A DNA stretch of 64,000 nucleotides from Macrostomum hystrix (GCA_950097015.1 CATNEN010000024.1:2604001-2668000), one strand, 5' to 3'; positions 27,297-40,595 are shown, counted from the first letter of the stretch. Notes: a model not told the origin generated them from the letters alone. Program-made: numbers and translations.

Positions 27297-28384
27297 GTTT
27301 GATTCACTTTTTTATTTTGCCGAAAAATTAATTTCTTGGATAAATTTTGGCGGGACTAACGCACGACATTGCGAAAAATTTGAAAATGAGACGACACAAC
27401 GACTATAGGGAGTGGGGTAATAGCTTTGGAATTTCTGAGAATTATTGTAGAATGCTTTCTGCGCTATTGGAAACGCTATTTGGGATCTGTGTATAGAAAG
27501 TGGGGATTTCTAGAGAGAGAGAGAGAGAGAGCAGCTGTGCACAGCTGGTCAAGTATTCCCATTCCTTGCAACTGGGAAGAGAGCAAATCCCCCACACACA
27601 AGCTAGATTTCCCTTTCGCCGAAGCAGCCAACTAGGCGGCTATAAGGCGGAGCACATCAATCAAAACCTGTCACATGGTGACTTTCCTGTCCCCTTTCAA
27701 AACCCCGATTCCGCGATCCCACATCCTCTAAATACAATACTCCCTTCCTATGTTGCATACCTTGCTTTGTGGCTGCCCTATACAGCTAAATAAGTTTGCG
27801 TTATTGAAATCTTTTCAAGTTTCACAATAATTATTGCATTAATAAACTCTCATTGCCAATGGGATTTCTCATGTGGGATAAAAATAAGAAGTAGCCGGAT
27901 TTCTCATACCTGCATTTTAGTTGTATAGATCTCGCTGATCAGGAGCTATAGTCATGCAGTGTTGTGTGTGTGAAACTTGCACAGGAGTGTGTTGGGTGGG
28001 TGTAAGGACTGCCCATATCGGGCTTGGGTGCCATAAATCACCACGCGTCTTAAACCAGCATTGCATGCTGCAGGCCTCCATCCCATTAGAAATGCAATAA
28101 CAGCGACAGACCCGCTGTACCAGGTTCTAGTCTTGGTTTTGGGAGGGAATTCGGGCTGCCTCCTACGTATAGATATATAGGCTCCATATAATAGTCAGGA
28201 TTGGGGATGCAGGAAGCTGACCGTCCAGAAAAAATCCCCCCACCCGTTTCCCAACTCCTTCCCTTATAGCGGAGAAGCGTCAGGATAGGGGGATTATAGG
28301 GCCTGCAGAGGGAACATATAAAATAGTGGGGCATTCACAATCATTTCTCATAATTGCCTTCGAATTTGCTAGCTTATAATACGC

Positions 28385-28995
28385 CTGTTAGGGTCTGGTG
28401 ATGTTCGGGCCTGTTGATGTTAGGGTCTGGTGATGTGTTGGGTCTGTTGATGTTCCGGTCTGTTGATGTTCGGGTCTGTTGATGTTCGGGTCTGTTGATG
28501 TTAGGGTCTGGTGATGTGTTGGATCTGTTAATGTTCCGGTCTGTTGATGTTCCGGTCTGTTGATGTTCCGGTCTGTTGATGTTCCGGTCTGTTGATGTTC
28601 CGGTCTGTTGATGTTAGGGTCTGGTGATGTTCCGATCTGGTGATGATGATGTTAGTGTGGTGATGTTAGTGTCTGGTGATGTTCGGGCCTGTTGATGTTT
28701 GTGTCTGGTGATGTTAGGGTCTGGTGATGTTTGTGTCTGGTGATGTTAGGGTCTGGTGATGTTTGTGTCGGGTGATGTTCGGGCCTGTTGATGTTAGGGT
28801 CTGGTGATGTTCCGATCTGGTGATGATCGGGTGTGGTGATGTTTGTGTCTGGTGATGTTTGTGTCTGGTGATGTTTGTGTCTGGTGATGTTAGGGTCTGG
28901 TGATGATCGGGTGTGGTGATGTTAGTGTCTGGTGATGTTCGGGCCTGTTGATGTTAGGGTCTGGTGATGCTTGTGTCTGGTGATGATCGGGTCTT
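28385..28995. repeat. Degenerate ~16-bp array (GGGTCTGGTGATGTT family)
   Basis: Read directly; lies in hth intron 3. Confidence 0.9.
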
Positions 28996-30490
28996 GTGAA
29001 TGTAATGGACTTTTTAGTGTTGTGAAATTTCAGCATTCTGAAGCAATTCCTACAGCTCAACTATGAATATGACCGCAAACTGAATGTGTGTGAGAGATAA
29101 AACACGGGCTGTTGGTATATACGCCTGTATACATATTATATATATAAGGTAAAATCTAATTTCACAAATGTCAGATGGTCCAGTCATTTCCCGTTTCTCC
29201 CCTTCCACACTGTCAGAGAGCCAAGGTGATGGATGACCTAGCCTATATCGTTTTACTGTGCACGACTGTATAACACATCTGTAATATTATATATGAGGTT
29301 TGCACTATAGAACTAATTTTGACTACATTAGGAAGCTATATATATGTATATATATATACTGTGTATCCTCGTAAACCATACATTTTGGTAGACGAAATAA
29401 GCTTCGAATTCTTTCTTTTAAATAGTGTAATTAGTTGTCAAACAATACCAGAGGGTCTAAAAATTCCTGTTAAAGCTAAACTATGCGTTGCTTTGCAATT
29501 GCTAAATGGGGCATTTTTTCTAGCATCCCATAGGTTCCTTGTGGCCTCCCGCCAAGTCAGTTATTCTTTTAGAAGAGGCAAAGCTCTACAGGGGATGGGG
29601 AGAAAAATCATCGGCTCCCTGGAGACTAAAGAATAAGGATTTAGCTGCCCCAGAAATTAGCGTTGGCCTTAGCGGGGGCGATTCCTGTTGCATTTCTGTC
29701 CACTTCTGCGGCCTCTTGTTCTCTTGGCCTCTCCCATCTTCTTTTTGTATGTTTGAAATCTGCAACAAGCTGTGTATAAGGCGGCCATCACCCACAGATC
29801 TGCAGCAGGGGAATGAGGGGCCTCTTTAACTTTCTTTCTTTCATTGGCCTCTTATCCCATCCTGCGTTAGCAACTGTTGTATATGCGAGAGTAAAGGCTA
29901 GTGCCTTAGATGGGATATTGTAGGCAAAACTCCTCCCTTAGCAATATCCTTCTTTACTCTTTTCGCTAACGCGAACTGAAGAAATATGCAGAAGAAAATC
30001 TTACAATAAATAAATTGAGCCCAGTTGAAATCCGAACCCTGCAGCAGCAGGTGTCAAAAACTGCGACATACAAACTGAGCTTGGTATTGAAAAAAAACAG
30101 TTCTGTAACAGAAATGTAAAACCAATTGAAGCTTTGCTACATTTTAGGGTATTTTTATTTTTCGTACCAGACCCACAAGTGCGTTAAGGGCAAACACAAC
30201 ACAATCACCAGGTTAAGTAATTTAGGATTATTAAATTTTCCTAAAGCCTTTTGTGAGTCCTAAAGCTTTCAATGAAATCTCATTCATGCTCAATAAAGCG
30301 TATCTGACCCGCCATCTCCCATCTGTTCCTTCCCGTCTTCCCCTTTTACTTGATCCACAATCTCGTTTAGATTAAGAGAATTCATTGCTGCAATATTGCA
30401 CTGATCCTTCTGCAACTTCAACGTCATGATTTTGCAACACGGTGTATATTATAGACACATGTAAATTTTCACTATTTCTTTAAATTTCAG

Positions 30491-30544
30491 TTGCAAAACG
30501 GCGAAAAGGATATTTACACGGGCAATCGCGATCTGGATGCTTTG
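30491..30544 (+). CDS. hth: homothorax/Meis exon 4 (LQNGEKDIYTGNRDLDAL)
   Basis: TTTCAG acceptor, GTAAGT donor, phase 0/0. Corresponds to Meis IRAEKPLFSSNPELDNL. Confidence 0.9.
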
Positions 30545-30621
30545 GTAAGTATTTCATTGGTAATAATTATCCACAATAATGCACTACTAATCATTAATCC
30601 GTATATTTATTTAATTGACAG

Positions 30622-30672
30622 ATGATTCAAGCCATCCAAGTGCTCAGATTTCATCTGCTGGAAATTGAAAAG
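30622..30672 (+). CDS. hth: homothorax/Meis exon 5 (MIQAIQVLRFHLLEIEK), MEIS-B domain
   Basis: Diagnostic Meis motif. GACAG acceptor, GTGAGT donor. Confidence 0.97.
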
Positions 30673-30759
30673 GTGAGTTTAGTTTTTTGTTAAAATTTCT
30701 CTCATTCCTTCAGGTTTGGTTTTGTTGCTTGGGTATAGTGCTTCAGTAGAATTTCGTCA

Positions 30760-30794
30760 GCCTCCCCAGTCCATGGACTGAAGCGACGCGTAGC
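30760..30794 (+). mobile_element. SINE 3'-tail fragment
   Basis: CCCCAGTCCATGGACTGAAGCGACG matches the tail of the SINE at 53615-53830, in the opposite orientation. Confidence 0.55.
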
Positions 30795-32260
30795 AGTACC
30801 TCCATTAAAAAATGATAAACTAATGAAAAGAGATTGCCTTTTTGGGAAGAATTTCTCAAAAACAATGACTCGCTGCATAAGCTCGCTGTCTGGCAGTGTG
30901 CAATTCAATAGCTTCTATTCACACACCCACCGCACAATTCATATTTAGTTCATGCATTTTTCTCTAATAAATAGTATTACCTTTTGTCACAGCTAATGCC
31001 GCGTATTATAGCGCACTGAAGAACACAGTCTAGAAAAGGTCTAGCTTTGCTATCTCTATTGAAATAGTAACTAAAATATTGTTTCGCTTAGAGAAGAACG
31101 AATATGCTTTATAACCCTATAGCAGAGAGGACTTGACAGGTCCGTCAAAGGCGGGCCTGTGTTTCTCTCTCCCCTTGCTCGCATGCACCAGTAGGTGTAC
31201 TCATATCTCTCATAAAGAAAAGCCTGCATACAGCTTGAGTTTCAAATAGTTTTAAGTCTCTTCAAAGACTTCTGTAATCTTGATAGTTTGCAAAGAAGGA
31301 CAGAATTAAACAGAGAAAAAAAGACTGACTGAAAAAAGCTCCAAGTCTGGGGCGGAATTTCGCTTTGAAATGCAGACAGACAGGCAAAAAAAGTTTAGTG
31401 CATTTAGTTTGCCGTCTTCTGTGCAACTATGAGCTGACTTGAAAATGAAGCTTTGATCAAATTGAAGAAACAGAACCGACAGAAATAGTATTTCTAACAA
31501 AACATTTTGTCACCAAGTCAAAGAAAATTCAAAGTGTTGAATAAAGAGCGAGAACTGCATGAGAAATATTAGCTAAAACAGGCAGCCCCGCCCTATAACT
31601 CGATAAGTGAACAAAAAACTTGCCGACTTACAATAATTTGACTGGCCCAGTGTCCGGACACAGGCCTAATACTGTCTGTAGCTCTGAGCTTATTCCGAAA
31701 TAAACTGGTGCCACATCTGTATACTGCCTATTAATAGCTCATGCTCAGTTTCAGTTCCCGAACCCCACCTCCACCGAAATCGAGTAGATTTCATATTTCA
31801 GTTTGCTTTTTTTAAGCGACCGCGTGAGATCCCGCAATCAGTTTATAGGCAATAAATCATTTGCAGCCGAGCGCCGATATACCCCCAACGAGAATTTTGA
31901 GTTTGTTAAAATTCTAGCCAAAATGCGACTAGATTAAAATAAAAAAAAATAAAATAAAACGGCTAGAGCCATGTTAAGTGAATGCGAAATTTTCTTTAGT
32001 GTATAGACCAGGTGCTTGTTCGAAATATAACAAAAAATATCACCAATTTCGAAATGCTGAACTCATATTGGTCGGTCAAAGAGAGCAACGAATTTTTTAA
32101 AAGTCAATTCATATTAATGAAAACAATTTCTTTTATGTAAAACACGGAGCGCAATTTGCTAATACACCTGCAATATTTAGCAAATATTTTTCTTAGATAA
32201 AAACTACCAAAGTCAAATAGATTGGCCTTATTGTGTACAACATCTCCCCCACAACTCCAG

Positions 32261-32779
32261 GTGCACGAGTTGTGCGACAATTTCTGCTCTCGCTACATCT
32301 CCTGCCTAAAGGGCAAGATGCCAATGGACCTTGTAGTTGAAGAGTCCGCCAGTCAGCCTGGCAGCAGCACCAGCGGCGGCGGCCAGCAGCAGCAGCACCA
32401 GCAGCACCAGCATCATTCCAGTGGAGCCTCTAACAACTCGCCAAACTCTAACAACGGCGGCGAGCTGGGCTGTCTGACTCCGCCAGGACTTATGCCAGAA
32501 ACAGCGCAGCCTCACCACCTGCCCATCCATCATTCTCAGCTGCATCATCAGCAACAGCAGCAGCAACAGCAGCAACAGCAGCAACAGCAACAGGCCATGC
32601 AGCATCATCAGCAGCAGCAGCACCAGCTGCCGCCGCCACCACCACCACTGCCCCTGATGCCACCGCACCATCAGCATCAGCTCCAGCATCAGCTCCAGCA
32701 TCAGCTGCAGCATCAGCAGCAGCAGCAGCAGCATCAGTTACATCCAGTCGGTGGCCGGATGCTCGCCAATCAGGCAATG
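32261..32779 (+). CDS. hth: homothorax/Meis exon 6 ([26 protein letters not shown] + Q/H/P-rich linker)
   Basis: Diagnostic motif at the 5' end. CTCCAG acceptor. The 3' donor ATG|GTGAGA is inferred from phase-0 fit to exon 7. Confidence 0.85.
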
Positions 32780-33135
32780 GTGAGACAAGCAGGCAACGGA
32801 ATCATTTTTACTGAAATTTTGGCTGGGGGGGAGCCAGCAGTGAAAATAATAGGCTTCAGCCAGCAGCCAGTGGCGGCGGCGTCGAAAGGAAAGGGATTGC
32901 GCGATATAAGATGATTAATGAGGCCGGAGGGAGACTGGCGGGGGAGGGGCGGGCGGCGGCCTTTTGACAGCCTCCGGGACTTTCTCCCACTCTGTTCTCT
33001 TCTTCCCTTCCCCTATATTTTCTGTCTATTCCCAACCGAACGCGGCCCCCGAAAAACCAGCCCAGCCCAGCCCCAGTCCGCGAGATTTTGGAAGCATCGT
33101 GTCGACGCAAGCACCGCCGCGGGTGGGTAGAGGGC

Positions 33136-33166
<31 letters not shown>

Positions 33167-34671
33167 TTGTGATGGGATAACATCGGGATGTAGACGAGTT
33201 TGATAGAATGCTAGTCAGTCCACACACATATATATTGTTGAACATATATTTCAATGGCCAAACCCAGAACTATTTAAAGTGTGCCATGGCTCCTTAAATT
33301 CAGTCCCAGATCCCATATCTATCTACATTTGGTTGCCTTCATTTGAGGGGTGTTGAAGCGAACAGCACCAGTTGGTTTCATTGGCTTTAAGGGGGGTTGT
33401 CCATCAAATTGGAGTTCAGTTGTGACAGTGAAGAGCCCAATGCCATAATGACAGGGTTCGGCCGAATATTATAGGGCTTTGGCGAGTGTGATAATGGAAT
33501 ATAATCCCGATTCGGGAAAGAATAACAATGCTTCCCTTCCGGGTGGAACCAGTGAGCTGAAGCCAAGCTGCTGTGCTTCTGGCTGGCACAGATTCCGCAA
33601 TTGATAAGGCGTCTCCCCTGCAGAAGAGAAAGTGAGTGGGAAACAGATTTCGGCTTAAGATTCTGACGCGGATGGCGCCGCCGGGACTTAAAGCTGCCCA
33701 GAAATCCCCATCCCTTCCGCGGGTCAGGGGATTTTGTGCTATGGGGAACGGGCTCCGAGCAGAAGTTTGAGCACCCACACGGGACTATAGACTATTCCCA
33801 CAACGGACTCCAACCCTCCTATAGAATCCCCAGTTACTGAGCCGGGTTCTGGGATCTGGGATCTAGACGGATGATGGTGCTTTCAGCATAATTTGATTAA
33901 TAAACTTTCGAGAACAGACTCGCTTAGACCCTCAGTTCACAGTTTATCCGGCCCCTGACAACTGGGGCACCAGCATATTTTATTTAGACAAATATATTTC
34001 ATATATTTAAAAAAGCTTTAAAAAATTTAATCAACTTCTCACAGAGTGTGCAGTGTTTTGACAATGCTTCTATTCAACGCGGGATATCAGACCCGGCGCT
34101 TGAATATATTCACAGTCCGCCGGATAAGCTAGCGATTCATCCCATTACAGAGTTCCTATAGTTCTACATCGCGGCAATTTTTTCCCCTTAAAAACTTCCA
34201 TTCCCGTCGACCACTTTAGGTCAGAGTCTCGAGCTCCTTGTGAAACTGACATGAAGTGGCTCTCGGCCTCTCTCAACGCATCTCACCGAGACTCCTCGAT
34301 GAGAATGCTGAGCATATAGCGGCCAGTCAAAATTAATGGGGGTCGAGAGTCCAGGGGGGAATGCGTATTTGTCCTGCCGCTTTCACAACTCTCCCATTCT
34401 CTGCAGACATCCACCATTTGCCGCCCGCTGCGGCCCGCTGCGGCCCGTGGCCATTAGGGACTTCTCGTTGGCCCAGTAGATTTCGCTCTCACTTTCAGGT
34501 CTCTTATCCATAATCATATTAGCCCAATTCCCGTCTTCAAAGATTGAATTTCTTGCTTCTATAGCTCTGGCAGAAATCTCACACGCGCCCTGGTGTTATC
34601 CCCAACGTGTTATTAATGCGATAATGACGATGATGTAATTTGAAACTAAACAGTTCCCTCTTAACTCTCAG

Positions 34672-34876
34672 CCATCTCCGTCGGCCTGCTCAACTGCCGC
34701 CATGTTCAACCAGCATCTCGGCAGTTCAGTGGCTGCCGCCGCCGCGGCGGCTGCTGCTGCTGCTGCCGCGGCAGCTTCGGCTATTGAAGCCGACTCGCAG
34801 TCGACTAGGTCGGGCGACACTCCCGGACCCCGGCTGGAGAGTCACGGCTCGCATCCCGACACGAGCTCAGATATGG
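34672..34876 (+). CDS. hth: homothorax/Meis exon 7 (PSPSACSTAAMFNQH...A15...SHPDTSSDM)
   Basis: CTCTCAG acceptor, GTGAGT donor, phase 1. The end resembles Meis SHSGDNSSEQ|G. Confidence 0.8.
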
Positions 34877-34904
34877 GTGAGTAATGCGTGATTCAGCTAA
34901 CCTA

Positions 34905-35050
34905 GGTTGTGAACTCGTGAATCGACTTTGTGAATGAGTGAAACGACTTTGTGAATGCGTGAATCGACTCTGTGAATTCGTGAATCGACTTTGTGAATGC
35001 GTGAATCGACTTTGTGAGTTTGTAAATCGACTTTGTGAATGCGTGAATCG
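34905..35050. repeat. 21-bp array (GTGAATCGACTTTGTGAATGC), about 7 units
   Basis: Read directly; begins about 30 bp after the exon 7 donor. Confidence 0.9.
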
Positions 35051-37736
35051 CCTTTTTGAATCCATAAATTTGGCTAGCTTCACAACTACATATAGAGAAT
35101 TGGATAATAATTAAAATATTAAATGCGTAAGACCGTCATGAAGCGTCGAAAAAGAACACTTAGAAATTTCTAAATTTCTAACGCACTCAAGTCCTGAAAA
35201 GTGACGTATCCATAAATGCTAGACTTTTTATAGCAGTTTGATAGTGTCCCAGTTTTTGTGTGTTTTCATAAATATGCATTACCAAATTTAATGAATTGAG
35301 GTGGATCGACTTGCATTGCTATATTATCCACGTATAAGGCATGTGCGTATCGGATACAACTCAGGCCACTATAGAACTCAAATACCAGCATATTCTTTCC
35401 CCTATCTGGAACTCTGGGATGGCTGAGCACACACAGTTTGAGCAATAGATACCAGGCAAAGACGGCATGTGGAAGTTTGCCCCTCCTACCCAATGACTGA
35501 CTATATAGATCCTGATAGACCCCTCGCGCGCATACGCAATGAAGTTTTTCAGGGCTGCCCCGATGCCAGCAGAAGCTGATTCTGGGATCCAGAATAGATC
35601 GGCTGCGGGGCCGGGGCGGCCCGATCGCTGCGGAATGTTTTTTTCTCGGCAGCAGTCAGTTCTCTGGAAGCTGCCGCTTGCCCCCAGTGTTTCCACTTGA
35701 ATTGCACTGCCCTCCGATCAACCTCCGCCCCCCCCTATAAGCGAGCGCTATACAGCATTCTCATCCCTTTGTAAAATATTTATCCCGTCTACCAAACCAG
35801 GTCCAGACTCAGCCACCCACCCACCAGCCCCCAACGCAGCCGAGAAGCTCAAAAGCCAGAAAAGGCGCGCGCTCCCTTCCATAGGCCAGTGCTGGAATAG
35901 GATAATAATGTGAGCTATTATATGCAAACCGGGCCTCATATTTAACGCCCCAGTTGCTTAGCAGGCAGACCAGATGGCTCGGTCCAAACTCCTTAAAGGA
36001 TCGTCCCAGCGTTCAGCGTCCGGTTTTAAGCAAGAAATCTCCGCCATTTGGGGATTATTCTCCACTCCCGCTTCCTCCCCGCTCCCCCCATCCAGAGCTA
36101 CTGGGAAAGAAAAACGATACGTCTAGGGTCTGTTTGGGAATTTGTTTGACCGTTTTGACTTTCTTATCGCCCGCAAGAGATCGGGCCCACCTTCTGGTTT
36201 GAAAGAAAGGTCCTGGCTTGGCAGCAACAGCAGCAGCAGGTCCGCAAATCCCCTAAATATTCGAGGGCTTAGTGGCGAAATTGGAGTTTCACGCTCACCT
36301 TTTGGCAGTGCGCAGCGGACCGTGTTTCTTTTAAAAAATCTTTCTAAAACACAAAGAAAAACAACTGATAGGAGAGAGAATGAAATCCCGTCGGGACCTA
36401 CCGCTCCGAGAGTAACCTATTTCTAACTGCAAAAATAAGGAGAAAAAAGTTTCTTTTTATTTTTCGTTGTTTAGAAAGCGGCAATGCTTCTTTTAAAAGG
36501 AAGGCAGAGACCCAAAGCAGGAAGCCGGAGCCACCTTTCACGGATTCAGCGCCAAATAGTCCTGAGAAAAGCTGGCCAGCCAGGGCTGTAAATCTCTGGT
36601 TCTCCATTGCTTCTTTAACCCGTCTTTCTCATCCCTAACTGCCTACTCCTTTCCCATTCTATATCCCATCCTTATCTGGGGTCCAAATCTCATTGCGAGA
36701 ATCTATACTGCCGTCTCCACCGTGTGGCACCTCAGTTCCTGCCGCCTGACCCGCCGTATCCTCGCGTTCCTTCTCTATTCTATTTCGCTTCCTGGAAAAC
36801 CGCCGATAGCCTCCCATTTCGCTGGCTAATGCGCCTCTTATTAAGCCAATTAACCTGCTCATAATGGCCTGCTCTATCTATAACCTCCAGACCCTGAATC
36901 CCCCATAGCCGGAGATAATCCCTTCGGGAGGGGAGAGATTTTTGCTGCCTCACTCTTTTCCCCCCTCGATTTTGCTAGCGATGACGCCTCGAGCCGCTTA
37001 ATTACGGGCCGCATGCGATTAAGATGACGACTTTTTTTATCTACCGGTCACGCAAGACTAGCGGCTAATTAGGCCTCCCATCCCTCTGCATTCCTGACAT
37101 CGAAATTGGGATAAAAAGATCTTTAACTTTTTGTGCGAATCTTTAATGTCATCCGTTCGCAGTTTGGTCTGGAAGTTCTTAACAGAACCGGATCACACAG
37201 TCCTAACTTGTATTTGACAATATATATTTTACAAACAGATCATTGTGCAACCTAATTTCGCTTTTTTCTAGTCTCAAAGAAATTGAGAAGCTTTCAGAAT
37301 GGCCTTTGATCCCTACTCATGTCAAAGTGATGACGGATTTGATCTATCACAGTTTACAGTGAAATAAACAATAGACCGATCTGTCAACATTTAACAACGA
37401 AATGAAAGGCCTATATAAGCTTGATGACACTCTGTCGGCATGATCAAATATTTGGCGAGTGAAATGCTATACTACATGTTCCGTACTGTCTGCCCTACAT
37501 TGCTTCATTTTTAGAGGACACCCTGCAGCCTTTCCTGTTTATAGCTGGCGGTTAGAGACACGGAGCGAAAGAAGCCGACAGGTCCTGATCAGTATGCAGC
37601 TTTCTCTATTCTTATTTTTTTGTCTCTCTTGCTCGGCAACAGAAAGCCTCAGGTGTCAATAGAGATCAGACAGGAGAACCTCCAGACAGACTAGTTTCGT
37701 AAAGCTTTGCACAGTGTTTTGACACTTTCATGTGCC

Positions 37737-38481
37737 GATAAGAGACAGGCTGATAAGAAACAGGCTGATAAGAGACAGGCTGATAAGAGACAGGCTGATA
37801 AGAGACAGGCTGATAAGAGACAGGCTGATAAGAGACAGGCTGATAAGAGACAGGCTGATAAGAGACAGGCTGATAAGAGACAGGCTGATAAGAGACAGGC
37901 TGATAAGAGACAGGCTGATAAGAGACAGGCTGATAAGAGACAGGCTGATAAGAGACAGGCTGATAAGAGACAGGCTGATAAGAGACAGGCTGATAAGAGA
38001 CAGGCTGATAAGAGACAGGCTGATAAGAGACAGGCTGATAAGAGACAGGCTGATAAGAGACAGGCTGATAAGAGACAGGCTGATAAGAGACAGGCTGATA
38101 AGAGACAGGCTGATAAGAGACAGGCTGATAAGAGACAGGCTGATAAGAGACAGGCTGATAAGAGACAGGCTGATAAGAGACAGGCTGATAAGAGACAGGC
38201 TGATAAGAGACAGGCTGATAAGAGACAGGCTGATAAGAGACAGGCTGATAAGAGACAGGCTGATAAGAGACAGGCTGATAAGAGACAGGCTGATAAGAGA
38301 CAGGCTGATAAGAGACAGGCTGATAAGAGACAGGCTGATAAGAGACAGGCTGATAAGAGACAGGCTGATAAGAGACAGGCTGATAAGAGACAGGCTGATA
38401 AGAGACAGGCTGATAAGAGACAGGCTGATAAGAGACAGGCTGATAAGAGACAGGCTGATAAGAGACAGGCTGATAAGAGAC
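37737..38481. repeat. 15-bp near-perfect array (GATAAGAGACAGGCT), about 50 units
   Basis: Only one variant unit seen; lies in hth intron 7. Confidence 0.98.
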
Positions 38482-38987
38482 TGTGGCCCAGAAACAAGCT
38501 CTGACTCAATGACGACAATAACCCATGACGACACCGTTTTTCGTCTTTCCAAACCAACTTCGACTTTGTCGAGATTGGTCGCTTTTACGAGCTTTAAATT
38601 CGGCTGTGACCAATTTTAGAGCAATATCATTCTATAAAAATGTAGGCAGACATAGACAAAGCAACAAACTTCGCACACTTATAGAGGCCAGATACATTTG
38701 CAAGCAAGTTATCGCCAGAGTAAATTATTCTGCGCAGTTAGCTTAGCGCCTTATTTTTCATCTCGTATCTATCGCCTTTCTCTCTCTTTTTCTGTGTCGA
38801 TTTGCATCGGGTTGCATTTTTTCATTTTCTTAGCTTTTGCAGACATTGTGTGCTAGTTCAATGTGATATAAAAATAGTTTTAAGAGAAAAAGCAGGCTTC
38901 TTAAAAGCAGACAATCTTAAGCTTGAAGGCTCTTCTACTCGTATATATGAGAAAATGTATCATTATCTTTGTCTGTACCAATATTTT

Positions 38988-39040
38988 GTAGCTCAGTTGG
39001 GTTATAACTTCAGATCGAGAGGTCGGAAGTTCGAATCCTC
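38988..39040 (+). mobile_element. Degenerate tRNA-derived (SINE head-like) fragment
   Basis: A-box-like GTAGCTCAGTTGG and B-box GTTCGAATCC. The 3' half resembles the SINE head at 53.8 kb. No full cloverleaf. Confidence 0.45.
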
Positions 39041-39189
39041 AAATGAATTGGACGCAAATTTTGTCCTTGAGTGCGAAACTTAATTCTCGAGCTGTAAAAT
39101 CATCACCAACATTGGCTGGGTTAGAAATGGCCAAACTTGGCTGTCAAAGGTGTCAACGTTAACAAATTATTAATTTTGCCACCATCCAG

Positions 39190-39338
39190 GCGACGGTATG
39201 GACAACTCTGTTGGCAGCGGAGAAAATACTGACGAATATGAGCTGGACGACAAAAACGCCAAGCGGCAGAAAAAGAGGGGAATTTTTCCCAAATGCGCCA
39301 CCAACATTATGCGCGCCTGGCTGTTCCAGCATCTCAAT
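39190..39338 (+). CDS. hth: homothorax/Meis exon 8 ([11 protein letters not shown]...[23 protein letters not shown]), homeodomain helix 1
   Basis: TALE homeodomain motif; canonical splice sites. Confidence 0.97.
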
Positions 39339-39443
39339 GTGAGTTCTTAACTATTTTTCGAAACATATCGGCAATTGTTTATAAAGTCGATAAAGTATGC
39401 GCCGAAAAAAAACTATTTTAACTTAATCGATTTGTTTATCTAA

Positions 39444-39554
<111 letters not shown>

Positions 39555-39893
39555 TGAGGCTTTGATCTAGCAATACACTGATTGTTTTGGACAGCTCCTA
39601 GCTCTGGAAGACATTTACTGCCCCTCCCTTTCCCCCGTGTCTTCCTCCCTCTGTGTGGCCCATTTAACTCGATTAATGTCGCTTGCTTTCCAGGAAACGA
39701 TCTCATAGACTGATTTTGAGCAGTGCTCAAGACACTGTTCTCCTCTCTGTGTGTCCCTTGGGGTTGGGGTTGGTTGGAACCCCAGTCGAACAGAAAGGCA
39801 GAGATGCTCTATTTAGAGGTTATTATGATGCAGTAAGCAGCTAAAAACTGACTTCAGTCAATAAGTCGCTACCCCCGCGACCCGATCCCGCAG

Positions 39894-39952
39894 GTTCATC
39901 AACGCTCGGCGCCGCATAGTGCAACCGATGATTGATCAGTCCAACCGAGCAG
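39894..39952 (+). CDS. hth: homothorax/Meis exon 10 (WFINARRRIVQPMIDQSNRA)
   Basis: Recognition helix. The donor is non-canonical CAG|GCAAGT; an alternative in-phase GT donor lies at 40007. Confidence 0.93.
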
Positions 39953-40096
39953 GCAAGTCGCCGCATGTGAATTATTTCAACTTAGACACCGGCTCCGATT
40001 ATGCAGGTTATTAATTAAATCAGATTTTAGACAGCTAGCTAGCTATGAGTATGAGTGTTGTTTTTAACACCTCGACCTATCTGAAATGTTTCGCAG

Positions 40097-40189
40097 GACC
40101 CCATGGCTACAGTCCGGATGCTGGCTATTCTGCCTACGCAGCTGGAATGGAGGGGCATCATCAGCAACTAGCCTATGGCAGACCTGCAG
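40097..40189 (+). CDS. hth: homothorax/Meis exon 11 (PHGYSPDAGY...MEGHHQQLAYGRPA)
   Basis: TCGCAG acceptor, GTGAGT donor, phase 1/1. Resembles Meis YSPEG...MDGQQHMGIRPAG. Confidence 0.88.
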
Positions 40190-40595
40190 GTGAGTCGATT
40201 CAAATCCCAGACAAATCCCAGACATGCAGCTAACCTGTGTTTATCGATTCGGATTTCACTCAATTGACCAGTTTGACAGTGTGAATTAGAAACTCGGTGT
40301 AATTCCATCAATGCTAGCGCAATCCCCGAGACTGCTAAAAGGGTGTCAAAGGTGTCAAAAAATGCTTGTTTGGCAACTAACTGGCTACCTTTCATCCGTT
40401 AGAAACTAAAATTGTGCTCGTAATTATTGGCTTGTGTGGGGCGAATTAAAATTATAGGTGCAATTTAATACGTTCCATTCGTTTTGCAAGCGATCAAAGC
40501 GCCCGGTTCTAGAGTTTTAAAACAGCGAAAACAAGAAAAGCAAACAAGAAAATTATATTTTGAGGGAATCGTCTCAATTTCTTCTCTGGAATTTT

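Noticed and set aside
32306-32777. Antisense poly-Leu and poly-Ala ORFs over hth exon 6
   Set aside because: Shadows of the CAG/CAT-rich sense exon.
33889-33899. Paired-class homeodomain P3 palindrome TAATTTGATTA
   Set aside because: A single 11-bp AT-rich match is plausible by chance in 64 kb, with no conservation data to support it.
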